Source: Mobula birostris
Lineage: Eukaryota
Direction of reading: 5' to 3'
DNA: 64,000 nt
Assembly (NCBI RefSeq): GCF_030028105.1
Contig: NC_092383.1
Location: forward strand, 97,859,604 to 97,923,603
Shown here in pieces: positions 21,241 to 33,329 of the stretch; position 1 is the stretch's first letter, and every line of letters starts with the position of its first letter. Under the pieces are notes generated by a model. That model had not been told where the DNA came from, made no database searches, and saw only the letters and a list, made by a program, of their open reading frames with translations. The translations under genes were made by a program, and so were the position numbers.

Positions 21241-23995
21241 TGGGGCGGAGGAGAGGGAGGGGCTTTGGGAATGGGGGGAGAAGGAGGAGGAGGGGAGGGT
21301 CTGGGGAGTAGGGAGGAGGAGGGGATGGTCTGGGGAGTAGGGAGGAGGAGGGGTGTCTGGGGAGTGGGGAGGGGCTTTGGGAATGGGAGGAGGAGGAGGA
21401 GAGGGTCTGGGGGAGTAGGGAGGAGGAGGGGAGGGTCTGGGGAGTAGGGAGGAGGAGGGGAGTGTCTGGGGCAGTAGGGAGGAGGAGGGGAGGGTCTGGG
21501 TGAGTAGGGAGGAGGAGAGGCCGTTCTGGGTGAGTAGGGAGGAGCAGGGGAGAATCTGGGGAGGAGGAGGGGTGGGTCTGGGGAGAGGGGAGGAGGAGGG
21601 GAGGGTCTAGGAGCAGAGATGAGGAGGGGAGTTTCTGGGGGAGCAGGGAGGAGGAGGGGAGGGTCTGGGAGAGTAGTGAGGAGGAGGGGAGGGTCTGGGG
21701 GAGTAGGGAAGAGGAGGGGAGGGTCTGGGGAAGAGGAGGGGATGGTCTGGGGAGTAGGGAGGAGGAGGGGAAGGTCTGGGGAGTAGGGAGGAGGAGGGGA
21801 AGGTCTGGGGAGTAGGGAGGAGCAGGGGAGAGTCTGGGGAGGAGGAGGGGAGGGTCTGGGGAGAAGAGAAGTGGAGGGGAGGGTCTGGGGAGTAGGGAGG
21901 AGGAGGGGAGTTTCTGGGGGAGTAGGGAGGAGGAGGGGAGGGTCTGGGAGAGTAGTGAGGAGGAGGAAAGGGTCTGGGGGAATAGAGAGGAGGAAGAGGG
22001 TCTGGGAGAGTATGGAGAAGGAGGGGAGGGTCTGGGGGAGTAGGGGAGGGTCTGAGGAGGAGGAGGGGAGGGTCTAGGGAGTAGGGAGGAGGAGGGAAGG
22101 GTCTGAGGAGTAGGGAGGAGAAGGAGAGTGGGGGAGTAGGGAGGAGGTGGGGAGTGTCTGGGAGAGTAGGGAGGAGGTGGGGAGTGTCTGGGGGAGTAGG
22201 GAGGAGGTGGGGAGTGTCTGGGGGAGTAGGGAGGAGGAAGGGAGTGTGTAGGAGTAGGGAGGAGGAAGGGAGTGTCTGAGGGAGGAGGGGAGTGGGGAGT
22301 AGGGAGGAGGAGGGAAGTGTCTGGGGGAGTAGGGAGGTGGAGGGGACGGTCTGTGTGAATAGGAAGGAGGAGGGGAGGGTCTGGGAGAGCAGGGAGGAGG
22401 AGGGGAGGGTCTGGGGGAGTAGGGAGGAGGAGGGGAGGTTCTGTGAGAGAAAGGTGGAGGAGGGGAGGTTCTGGGAGTAGGGAGGATGAGGGGAGTGTGG
22501 GGGAGGAGGAGGGGAGTGTCTGGGGAGTAGGGAGGAGGAGAGGATGGTCTGGGGGAGTAGGGAGGAGGTGGGGAATGTCTGGGGAGTAGGGAGGAGGAGG
22601 GGAGTGTGGGGGAGGAGGAGGGGAGTGTCTGGGGAGTAGGGAGGAGGAGGGGATGGTCTGGGGGAGTAGGGAGGAGGAGGGGAGGGTCTGGAGGAGGGTC
22701 TGGGGAGGAGGAGTGGAGTTTCTGGGGGAGCAGGGAGGAGGAGGGGACGGTCTGGGAGTGTAGGGAGGAGGAGGGGAGGGTCTGGGGGAGCAGGAAGGAG
22801 GAGGGGAGTTTCTGGGGGAGCAGGAAGGAGGGGGGAGGGTCTTGGGGAATAGAGAGGAGGAGGGGAGGGTCTGGGAGAGTATGGAGAAGGAGGAGAGTGT
22901 GTAGGGAGGAGGAGGGGAGGGTCTGGGGGAGTAGGGAGGAGGAGGGGAGGGTCTGGGTGAGTAGGGAGGAGGAGGGGAGGGTCTGGGTGAGTAGGGAGGA
23001 GGAGGGGAGGGTCTGGGTGAGTAGGGAGGAGGAGGGGACGTTCTGGGTGAGTAGGGAGGAAGAGGGGACGTTCTGGGTGAGTAGGGAGGAGGAGGGGAAG
23101 GTCTGGGGAGTAGGGAGGAGCAGGGGAGTGTCTGGGGAGGAGGACGGGAGGGTCTGGGGAGTAGGGAGGAGGAGGGGAGGGTCTGGGGAGTAGGGAGGAG
23201 GTGGGGAGTGTCTGGGGAGGAGGAGGGGAGGGTCTGGGGAGTAGGGAGGAGGAGGGGAGGGTCTGGGGAGTAGGGAGGAGGAGAGGGGGGAGGGTCTGGG
23301 GAGTAGGGAGGAGGTGGGGAGTGTCTGTGGGAGTAGGGAGGAGGAGGGGAGTGTCTGGGAGTAGGGAGGAGGAGGGGAGTGTCTGGGGAGAAGGGAGGAG
23401 GAGGGGAGGGTCTGGGAGAGTAGAGAGGAGGGTGGGAGGGTCTGGGGGAGTAGGGAGGAGGAGGAGGGGAGGGTCTGGGAGAGTAGGGAGGACGAGCGGA
23501 GGGTCTGGGAGAGTACGGAGGGGTGTGTCTGCGGTCAGGGAGGAAAATGGGAGGATCTGGGGGAGGAGGAGAGGAGGGTCTGTGTGAATAGGAAGGAGGA
23601 GGGGAGGGTCTGGGAGAGCAGGGAGGAGGAGGGGAGGGTCTGGGAGAGTAGGGAGGAGGAGGGGAGTGTCTGGGAGAGTAGGGAGGAGGTGGGGAGTGTG
23701 GGGGAGTAGGGAGGAGGAAGGGAGTGTCTAGGAGTAGGGAGGAGGAGGGGAGGGTCTGGGAGAGTAGGGAGGAGGAGGGGAGGGTCTGGGAGAGTAAGGA
23801 GGAGGAGGGGAGGGTCTGGGGGAGTAGGGAGGAGGAGGGGTGTCTGGGATAGTAAGGAGGAGGAAGGGAGGGTCTGTGGGAATAGGGAGGAGGAGGGGAG
23901 GGTCTGGGAGAGTAGGGAGGAGGAGGGGAGGGTCTGGGGAGTAGGGAGGAGGAGGGGAGGGTCTGAGGGAGCAGGGAGGAGGAGTGGAGGGGCTG
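21241..23995 (+). repeat. G/A-rich minisatellite, unit about GAGTAGGGAGGAGGAGGGGAGGGTCTGGG(G), 29-30 bp
   Basis: About 2.75 kb of tandem degenerate copies, very C-poor on the + strand. Confidence 0.95.
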
Positions 23996-24074
23996 AGGCA
24001 GTGCATTGGAGGGATGTATGTATCAATCAGGAAAGGCACTGATGGGGCCTCCTCACCTCTGCTCTCTGTCTCAG

Positions 24075-24259
24075 AGATCCGATAGTGACACGGCCTTTGA
24101 ACAGTCGACCTGGTAGAGAACACAGCTCATAGACACCCACTCCATCGGAACAGTGTGTGCTAGATACTGCCTCACCTTCCCAGGGCTTCCATCGTTTCCA
24201 ACTGTTGCTTCAGATTTTCACTCTCTGCTCGAAATATGTAAATATACAATAACATTAAA
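24075..24259 (+). CDS. Candidate terminal exon of gene A (codes E-I-R-stop, then 3' UTR)
   Basis: Strong acceptor CCTCCTCACCTCTGCTCTCTGTCTCAG; phase-1 join gives GAG ATC CGA TAG (stop 24083-85); ATTAAA at 24254-59 followed by a GT-rich stretch. Confidence 0.4.
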
Positions 24260-24289
24260 GAACCATTCTAAAACCAATCTTTGGGGTAC

Positions 24290-24560
24290 TGCTTGTCTGT
24301 GTCTTTATTGATGCTTTGCTGCACGCTTGAGTGCTCGGTGGGGGGTGCCAGTGCTTTTTTTGCTGATGGGGGAGGGGGTGATCATTGCTTTGCTGCTGCT
24401 TATGCATGGGGGGAGATGCGGGGGGTGTTGGAGTTCTAACATTTAACTGTCATTCATTCTTTGGGGCACTCTTTTCGTGGATGTTTGCAAAGAAAAAGAA
24501 TTTCAGGATGTATATTTTATACATTTCTCTGACATTAAATGTACCTATTGTAACCTAAAA
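24290..24560 (+). mobile_element. SINE-like retroposon 3' part; same family reversed at about 53720-53900
   Basis: CATTCTTTGGGGCACT...TTTCAGGATGTATA...CATTAAAT matches the reverse complement of the 53720-53900 block. Confidence 0.6.
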
Positions 24561-25464
24561 TATTATTCTGTTGTTGGACATTCATGAAGCTGTAAGGGGT
24601 TACAGAGTGGGGTAGGGGCCCAGGGGCCAGAGAGGGTTACAAAGATAGGGAGGATGATTCAGTCCTTAGAGTGTTGCTGGAGCTGACCTCACCCAGGTAA
24701 GTGGAGAGTGTTCCATCACACTCCTGACTTGTTGATGGGGGAAAGGTGTTGGGGTGTGAAGAGATGAGTCACTCCCACAGGATCCCCAGTCTCTGACCTG
24801 CTGCTGTAGACATGGTGTTGATGTGACTGGTCCAGTTGAGGTTCTGTTCAGCGGTGACCCCGGTGTGTTGATGTGACTGGTCCCGTGAGTTTCTGATCAG
24901 TGGTGACCCCATGATGTTGATGTGACTGGTCCCGTGAGTTTCTGGTCAGTTTCAGTGCTGACCCCAGTGTGTTCATGGTGGGAACTGGACAATGGGGATG
25001 TCAGAGGGAGGTGGTCAGACTCTCTCTTGTTGGAGATGGTCACTGCCTGGTACATGTGTAGTGTGAATGTTACCTGTCACTTCTCAGCCTGTGTCTGACT
25101 GTTGTCCGGGGCTTACTGCATGCAGACGGGCTGCTTCACCTGCTGACGTGTGAATGGAACTGAACATTGTGCAGTCACCAGTGAACATCCCCACTTCTGA
25201 CCTCCATTGACCCTCATTGCACAATAAAGACACCCCAGTCCCACTCTCAAACAACCCCTGGCTCCCAACAACTCCTGATCCCCAAACAATACTGCACTTC
25301 AATCAGTAACCCTACTGTAAATATAAACCAATATATAAAAAATATCTCGACCCCGAAATGACAATCTCACTGAAAAAAACCACACTCAAGATCAATCAAC
25401 ATCCAATCACAATGACATGAACACCTCTGGCGAAAAAAAATCTGCGCACAGACAACAATATTCC

Positions 25465-26790
25465 TCATCCAAGCAACACTTCAACCCCACAATAACTTTT
25501 ATTTATACAGCACTCTTTGTGCAGACAATGTAGTTCAAAGTGTTTTACAAGTGCAAACATAAAAATAAAAGACAAAAAGATGTTAGTTAAAAGTGAGGTT
25601 GAATAAATAGGTTTGAAAGTGTCAGCGAGTCTGCATCCCTTTTCATTGTAGGTACTGAGTTCCACAGATAGGCAATGTACTTTAAAAAAGATGACCTACC
25701 AGTTTTCATTGAAATTCAAGACACCAGCTGAAGAAGACCTGAGAGCTCAAGCAGAATTATAAAACAAAAGCAATTCTGGCATCCTCTGGTCCCAGACCAT
25801 TGAGAGCTTTAAAAACAATTTTAAAATCAATTCTAAAAGATACAAGAGCCAATGCAAAATAATTAGGATGGGAGTGATATGCTCTCTCACCCTGGTTTTA
25901 GTTGAAAGTCTAGCAGTGGTGTTCTAAATAAGTTGAAGTTTATCAATAGATAGCATTGAATGGCCAGTAAAAATTGCATTGCTGTAATCTAGTCTATTTA
26001 ATGTAAGGGTGTGAATTAGTTTTCCAGCATCATTACGATACAGAAATGGATGTTCCTTTGCAATGTTTCTAAGTGTAGAAATGCTGCTCTGGTCATTTTC
26101 TTTATGCGGGATTGAATCTGCAAATCTGAATCAAGGAAGACTCCTAGATTTGTTACTTCTGATTTTACAAGGGGAGCCAAGTTCCCAAGTTTATGAAGAA
26201 GTTTATCTCTTTTGGCTCTGGGACCAACCAGAAATATTTCAGTTTTATCTTCATTTAGTTTCAGGAAATTATTGCTCATACTTTTGGTTATTGAAGCTGT
26301 ATCAGAAGTCAAAGATAGGGTGTTATCGTCAGGCTCGACTGAGAGAGACAATTGTGGAAATCAAGTTTACGCTCTCTGATGATGTCTCCTGAGGGGAGGA
26401 TGTACAAGGAGAAGAGTAGGGGACCAAGGCGGCTTCCCTGAGCACCAAAAGCTACATCGTATCTCTTAGAGAAATGGTCTCAAAGACAGACAATTAATTT
26501 TCTTTCTGAGGTACATTAAGGGCAACACCAGTGAGGTGAACCCAGTTCTCAAGGTGATCTCAGAGAATGTTATGATCAATTGGGTTGAAGGCAGCACTGA
26601 AAGTAGATTGAGGAGAATAAGAACTAAGACCCTGTCGGCATCAGTGCTGAGCCGAAGGTCACAGACAATTTTGGTGAGGGCTGTCTCCACCCAGTGGTTT
26701 GCTCTGAAACCTCTCTAGAGTGTTGTTCTCATCCAGAACGTTGTTTAGTTAGTTGAAAATGACAACACCCTCATCCCAAACGACAACCCA
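25465..26790 (-). mobile_element. L2-clade LINE RT fragment
   Basis: ETALTKIVCDLRLSTDADRVLVLILL and NNFLKLNEDKTEIFLVG. Confidence 0.75.
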
Positions 26791-26874
26791 CCGAAAAAAG
26801 ACTTTGATGCCGAGATAGAGGCAGCTCACGGTTTCTATGGAGATCTCTTTCTTTATTATTGCACAGGCAGATCA

Positions 26875-27610
26875 GTGAGAATGGAACCCAAGGAAGTGGC
26901 TTGCCCCTCCTGTACAATGTGGGAAGTCAGGCTAAGCTCCAGTGTCCCCAATGATCACATTTGCAAGAAGTGCACTTGGGTGCAGCTTCTTACAGACTAC
27001 GTTAGGGAAATGGAGCTGGAACTGGATGAGCTGCGGATCATTCGGGAGACAGAGAAGTTGCTTGATTAAGCATTACAGGGAGGCCGTCTTACCTATGTTG
27101 CCAGATGCACGTAACTGGGTGACCGTCAGGAGAGTGAAAGGGAAAAATATTGAGGACCAGTGATGGAATGTTATGTTGAAGTTGAAGAAGACATTGGTGA
27201 GGCCTACCTACAGGAAAGATGTAACTGAGGTTGAAAGAGTACAGAAAAATATTACAAGGATGTTGCCAGGTGTGGATGATCTGAATTATAAGGAAAGATT
27301 GAATAGGTTAGGACTTTATTCACTGGTATGTAGAAGATTGAGAGGAGATTTGATACAGGTATACAAAATGATGAGGAGTATGGATAGAGTAAATGTAAGC
27401 AGGCTTCCTATAGTGAGATTGGGTGGGACTACAACCGGAGGTCATAGGTTAAAGGTGAAAGGTTTAACAGGAACATGAGGGGAAACCTTTTCACTCAGAG
27501 GGTTGTGAGAGTGTGGAAGCACAAGTGGTGCATATGAGCTTGATTTCACTGTTACTGTGAAGTTTGAATTGACACATAGGTAGACATATGGAGGACTATG
27601 GTCCCATCGA
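26875..27610 (+). mobile_element. CR1 ORF1 zinc-finger/leucine-zipper piece joined to an RT 3' end (internally deleted CR1)
   Basis: CPSCTMWE...HICKKC...VREMELELDELRIIRE, then KTLVRP, ERVQK, YKERLNRLGLYSL. Confidence 0.75.
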
Positions 27611-28140
27611 ACATAGACATCGATAGCACATCATATGACTTTCTGCCCACAATGTTGTGCTGATCATGTAACCTACACTAGAAACTGCCTAGAATTTCCT
27701 TGCTGAATAACCCTCTATTTTTCTCAACTCAGTGTACCTATCTAAGAGTTTCTCAAAAGACCCTATTCTATCCACCTCAACCACCATCACTGGCAGTGCA
27801 TTCCACGCACCCACCACTCTCTATGTGGTTACTTCTGACATCCCCCTTGCACCTACTTCCATGCAACTTAAAGCTATGCTCCTTTTTGTTAGGCATTTCG
27901 GCCCTGGGAAAAAGCCTCTGGATATCCCGGCAATCATTGCCTCTCATCATCTATCAGGTCACCTCTCCTCCGTCGCTACAAGGAGAAAAGGCCAAGTTCG
28001 CTGAAACTATTCTCATAAGGCATGCTCTCCAATCCAGTCAACATCCTTGTAAATCTCCTCCGCACTCTCTATAAATATCCACACTTTTCCTGTAGTGAGG
28101 TGACCAGGGATAAAACACAGTCCTCCAAGTGGAGTCTAAC
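27610..28140 (-). mobile_element. CR1 3' fragment
   Basis: Similar to the 3' parts of 13623-14826 and 30455-32010. Confidence 0.7.
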
Positions 28141-28369
28141 TAAGTTGGGTTGTGGGATAGGTCAGTGCGAATAGGCGGTTTAACTGCTTTTTGCATGGAC
28201 GACTTGGGCCAAAGGGGTGTTCTGTGCTGTACTTTTCTATGACTGCATGAATAATCATTGTGGGTGTTCCTGTCAATGAAACGCATACTGTTCTGGATAC
28301 TATTGGACTCTGTTATAGAGGAAAGCCACAGCAGTCTGGTCTCTGGCAACGTCTACTTCTGTGGCTCCG

Positions 28370-28740
28370 GAGAGAAGGTGGGAGAAGAGGTGAACACTGG
28401 TGATAGAGGATTCACTGGTTAAAGGGACAGAAGAGATTCTGTGGATGAAAACATGTCTAACAGATGTTATGTTGCCTTCCAGGTGCCAGGGTCAGAGACA
28501 TCACTGAGTCCGTTGCATTCTTAACAGGAAAGGTGAGGAGCCAGAAGTCAGGGTCCACATCAGTACCAGTCACAGAGGCAGAAAGGGTGATGAACTCCTG
28601 TAAAGTGCATTCAGGGAGTGAAGTGCTACGTTAAAGGACTCTTGCCACATGCTGGTGAGGCCAGAACTAGGAGGACAATGTGGCTAAAGAGATGGTGCAA
28701 CAGGAGGAATTCAGATACTTGGATCATTGGATTCTCTTCC
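28370..28740 (+). mobile_element. CR1 ORF1 esterase-domain fragment
   Basis: GTGATAGAGGATTCACTGGTTAAAGGGACAGAA...TGTTGCCTTCCAGGTGCCAGGGTCAGAGAC (GDSL-like and CCLPGARVRD motifs). Confidence 0.65.
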
Positions 28741-29299
28741 AAAGTTTAAAGTAAATTTGTTATCAAAGTACATAGCTGTCACCATATACGAACCTGAGAT
28801 TGATTTTCTTGTGGGTGTTCACAATAAATCCAAGAAACACGATAGAATCAATAAAAGATAGCACCCAACAGGAAGGACAAATACCAATGTGCAAAGGACA
28901 TCAAATTATACAAATACCAAAGGAAAAATAAATAAATAAGCAATAAATATTGAGAACATGAGATGAAGAGTCTTAAAAGTGGGTCCATAGATTGTGGCAA
29001 CAGCCCAGTGACAGTGCATGAGAATGATCTGAAGGATGAAAGGGTTAATATATGATGAGTGTGTGCTTGTACTGGCTGCAGTTTAGAAGAATGCAGGGGG
29101 ATCTCATTGAAATTAATCAAATATTGAAAGGTGTGGATAGAGTGGATATGGAGTGGATGTTTCCTATCAGGGTTGTGAGCATAGAACACCACAATCTCAC
29201 ATTTACCTCCAATACAGAATACAGCCCTCAGCTACTCAATTTTGTTCTCCAGCAACTAGAGATTTGCTAACAAGATGCTGGGTCAAGGGAGTCTCATTC

Positions 29300-29520
29300 C
29301 CAAAGAAGAGAAAATCTGCAGATACTGGAAATGCAAGTAACACACACACAAAATGCTGGAGGAACTCAGCAGGCCAGGCAGCACCTGTGGAAAAGAGTTG
29401 TCGACGTTTTGGGCTGAGACCCTTCACACAATCTTGCTGAAGGGTTTCAGCTCGAAATGTTGACTGTACTCTTTTCCATAGATGCAGCCTGGCCTGCCGA
29501 GTTCTTCCAGCATTTTATGG
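29300..29520. mobile_element. Degenerate inverted Penelope terminal-repeat pair with decayed hammerhead cores
   Basis: GTCGACGTTTTGGGCTGAGACCCTTCA faces TGAAGGGTTTCAGCTCGAAATGTTGAC, with flanking CAGCAGGCCAGGCAGC and GCAGCCTGGCCTGCC arms. Confidence 0.7.
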
Positions 29521-30049
29521 GGGTCTCATTCCTTTGTGTTTCAGCCTGGCTTGGAGTGCCACCCACCTGCCTAGCTTCCAGCCACTGAAATTAACCTTCA
29601 CCCACTTAATGGTTCCACACCTGCCAGCTTGAGAGTTAAGTCTCCAAGTCCTTTAGAAGGTTGTGAAATCCGTAGTTCATTAAATCCAATCTAAAATTAC
29701 ATTGCTTAAAGGTAAATTGCATGCTGCAGGTTGCAGTGAGAGTAATTCAAAAGAGGTATGCTTATAAATATTGCACTATGGAAATATACTTGTAGTAACA
29801 AAATGGTATTCTATTGTCTGGAACAAAATTTTACCGAGTGCTTTGCTAATAGTGTTGGTGCAACATTGTGGTGGTGGACCTTGAGTACGGTATGTGGAAA
29901 CCTGCAGAAAGACAGGCAGATAAGGAACCAAGTGAAGTATGACGATCTTGGATGGAAAGGAAATTACGGGGCATGATATAAGAACTGCTTGGCCCAGATG
30001 CCATTTAGAAAAAGCTATTCAGAAACTGACATAAACCTACATGGACGAG

Positions 30050-30455
30050 ATTTATTATGTAAAATGAGAGCTACAATTACCTGCACTCCCGAGGGACATA
30101 ATGTGCGTATATCAGAGAGCCATGACTCGGCTGGAAGTCTTTCCCCCAGGTTGAAGAGGAGTTTGATGGATTGTGTCAATCAAACATGATATGTCCCTGG
30201 TTTATCACAAACAGTAAATCAGGTTTTAAATGTTTGAAATGTACTTTACAAAATCTAGAAAAACCAGTGAAGGTGGGAGGATCTCATACACCACCCTCCA
30301 ATGGATTGTTCGTGCATTTACAGATGGATACTGCAGAATTACCTACGCGTGAAGGATATACATACGTATTGGTCATTCTGAGTGCTTTTTCATGGTGGGT
30401 TGACGCATTTCTTTTTTCGAAAGAATCATACAGTCACAGAAGCTAACTGTTTAAT
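30050..30455 (+). pseudogene. pol: ERV integrase, N-terminal part
   Basis: Zn-finger remnant (CLKC), LFVHLQMDTAELPTREGYTYVLVILSAFSWWVDAF, RKNHTVTEANCLIE. Confidence 0.75.
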
Positions 30456-32010
30456 AGAAACATAGAAAGCATACAGCACAATATAAGCCCTTCAAACACA
30501 AAGCTATGCCGAACATGTCCCTACCTTAGAACTACCTAGGCTTAACCCATAGCCCTCTATTTTTCTAAGCTCCCATGTATTCATCCAGGAATCTCTGAAA
30601 AGACCCTTTCGTTTCTGCCTCCACCACCGTTGCCAGCAGCCCATTCCACGCACTCACCACTCTCTGCATAAAAAACTTACCCCTGACATCTCCTCTGCAC
30701 CTCCTTCCAAGCACCTTAAAACTATGCCCTCTCATGCTAGCCATTTCAGCCCTGGGGAAAAGCCTCTGACTATTCACACGATCAACACATCTCATTATCT
30801 CTATCAGGTCACCTCTCATCCTCTATCGCTCGAAGCAGAAGAGGCCGAGTTCACTCAACCTATTCTCATAAGGCATGCTCCCGAATACAGTCAACATCCT
30901 TGTAAGTCTCCTCTGCACCTTTTCTTTGGTTTCCAGGTCCTTCCTGTAGTGAGGCGACCAGAATTGAGCACAGTACTCCAAGTGGGGTAGACCAGGGTCT
31001 TATATAGCTGCAACATTACCTCTCAGCTTTTAAACTCAATCCCACAATTGATGAAGGCCAATGCACCATATGACTTCTTAACCACAGAGTCAACCTGCAC
31101 AGCAGCTTTGAGTGTCCTATGGACTCGGACCGCAAAAGCCCTCTGATGCTCCACACTGCCAGGAGTCTTACCATTAATGCTATATTCTGTCATCATATTT
31201 GACCTACCAAAATGAACCACCTCACACATCTGGGTTGAACTCCATCTGCCACTTCTCAGCCCAGTTTTGCATCCTATCAATGTCCTGTTGTAACCTCTGA
31301 CAGCCCTCCACAACACCCCCAACATTTGTGTCATTAGCAAATTTACTAACCCATCCCTTCACTTCCTCATCCAGGTCACTTATAAAAATCAACAAGAATA
31401 GGCGTCCCAGAACAGATCCTTGAGGCACACCACTGGTCATCGGCCTCCATGCAGATATGACACATCTACAACCACTCTTTGCCTTCTGTGGGCAAGCAAG
31501 TTCTGGATCCACAAAGCAATGTCCCCTTGTATCCCATGCCTCCTTACTTTCTCAATAAGCCTTGCATAGGGTACCTTATCAAATGCCTTGTTGAAATCCA
31601 TATACACTACATCTACGGCTATACCTTCATCAATGTGGTTAGTCACATCCTCAAAAAATTCAATCAGGCTCGTAAGGGACGACCTGCCTTTGACAAAGCC
31701 ATGCTGACTATTCCTAATCATAATATGCCTCTCTAAATGTTCATAAATCCTGCCTCTCAGTATCTTTTCCATCAACTTACCAACCACTGAAGTTAGACTC
31801 ACTTGCTTATAATTTCCTGGGCTACCTCTACTCCCTTTCTTGAATAAGGGAACAACATCCGCAAACCTCCAATCTTCCAGAACCTGTCCTGTCCTCATTG
31901 ATGATGCGAAGATATTTGCCAGAGGCTCAGCAATCTCCTCCCTCACTTCCCACAGTAGCCTAGGGTACATCCCATCCAGTCCCGGTGACTTATCCAACCT
32001 GATGCTTTCC
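30455..32010 (-). mobile_element. CR1 RT 3' part (continues at 34625-34975)
   Basis: DKSPGLDGMYPRLLWE, NYKQVSLTSVVGK, DFNKAFDKVP, GVPQGSVLG; TGATGCTTTCC duplicated at 32000-32010 and 34624-34634. Confidence 0.9.
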
Positions 32011-32029
32011 TCTTTCAATTTTTTTTTCG

Positions 32030-32700
32030 ATTATGAGGACACTCAGTCCTCGTTTATTGTCATTTAGAAATGCATGCATAAAAAAGTGATACAATGTTCC
32101 TCCAGAATGATGTCACAAGAAATACAGGACAAACCAAGACTAAAACTGACAAAACCACATAATGAAACATACAGTTACAACAGTGCAAAGCAATACCATA
32201 ATTTGATAAGAGCAGACCATGGGCATGATAAAAAAAAGTCTCAAACTCCTGATAGCCTCATTATCGCACGCAGACGGCAGAAGGGAGAAACTCTCCCTGC
32301 CATGAACCTCCAAGCGCCGCAAACTTGCAGATGCAGCACCATTGGAAGCACCCGATCGCAGCGGACTCTGAGTCCGTCCGAAAACTTCGAGCCTCCAACC
32401 AGCCCTTCAACACCGAGCACCGAGCACCATCCTCTGCTGATCGCTTTGACCCTGCCGCGGCCGCCGAGCAACAAGCAAAGCCGAGGACTCAAGGCCTTCC
32501 CCTCCGGAGATCTCGGACCACATAGTAGCAGCAATAGCGAAGCAGGCATTTCAGAAGTTTCACCAGATGTTCCTCCATGCTCTCACGTCCGTCTCCATCA
32601 AATCAAGATTGTGCACGGCACCCTACTTGAAAAATAACAGACATCACCACTGGAGTGGCCGCTGCGAGCTACCTCGAACCAGCTTCTCCTCTCCTCAAGA
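32030..32700 (-). mobile_element. Non-autonomous retroposon, copy 1 of a head-to-head pair
   Basis: Reverse-complement similarity to 32720-33320 (e.g. TGACAATAAA...GACT...TCCTCAT). Confidence 0.7.
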
Positions 32701-32719
32701 GTATGGGAGGAGAAGATGT

Positions 32720-33320
32720 CAGCACAACGCAGCGCACGCAGCTCTCCGGTGAAATGATATCATATCTGTAAGTAGGATGCCGTGCACAATTCTGATTTGA
32801 TGGAGGCAGACGTGAGAAGCAGAGGAACATCTGGAGAAATTTCTGAAATGCCAGGTTTGCTGCCGCTGCTACTGTGTGATCGAGAATCTCCAGAGGGAAG
32901 GCCCCAAAATCCCCGGCTTTGCCTGCTGCTGGCGGCCGAGGCTGAGGTCGAACCATTTGGCAGAGATGGTTCTCGGTACTCAGTGTCAGAGGGCTGATCA
33001 GAGCTCGCAGTTTTCGGACGACTCAGAGTTGGACTGTGGTCGGGAGAGTTTTCTTCCTTCTCCCGTCTGCATGAGATTTGGGACATTCAAGAGACTTTGA
33101 ACTTTTTTACTGTGCCATGGCCTCTTCTTCATTAAGTTATGGTACTCTTGCACTGTTGTAACTCTATGTTATAATTATGTGGTTTTTCTTAGTTTTTCAG
33201 TCTTGGTCTGTCCTGTGTTTCTGCGATATCACACCGGAGGAATATTGTATCATTTCTTAATGCATGAATTACTAAATGACAATAAAAGAAGACTGCATGT
33301 CCTCATCATCTAATAATCTA
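32720..33320 (+). mobile_element. Non-autonomous retroposon, copy 2 of a head-to-head pair
   Basis: Ends AAATGACAATAAAAGAAGACTGCATGTCCTCATCATCTAATAATCTA. Confidence 0.7.
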
Positions 33321-33329
33321 AATTATTTG

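Noticed and set aside
21265-24123. Gly/Arg/Glu-rich and Pro-rich ORFs
   Set aside because: Translations of the G/A minisatellite on both strands.
20869-24259. ITIM, ITSM or ITAM motifs, or a charged TM residue
   Set aside because: The tyrosines (IYRK, EYLR, GYM) do not fit the consensus motifs and both TM spans are uncharged; unseen small exons cannot be excluded.
24813-24990. Three copies of a ~49-bp unit
   Set aside because: Local slippage within an old LINE fragment, with no spacer structure.
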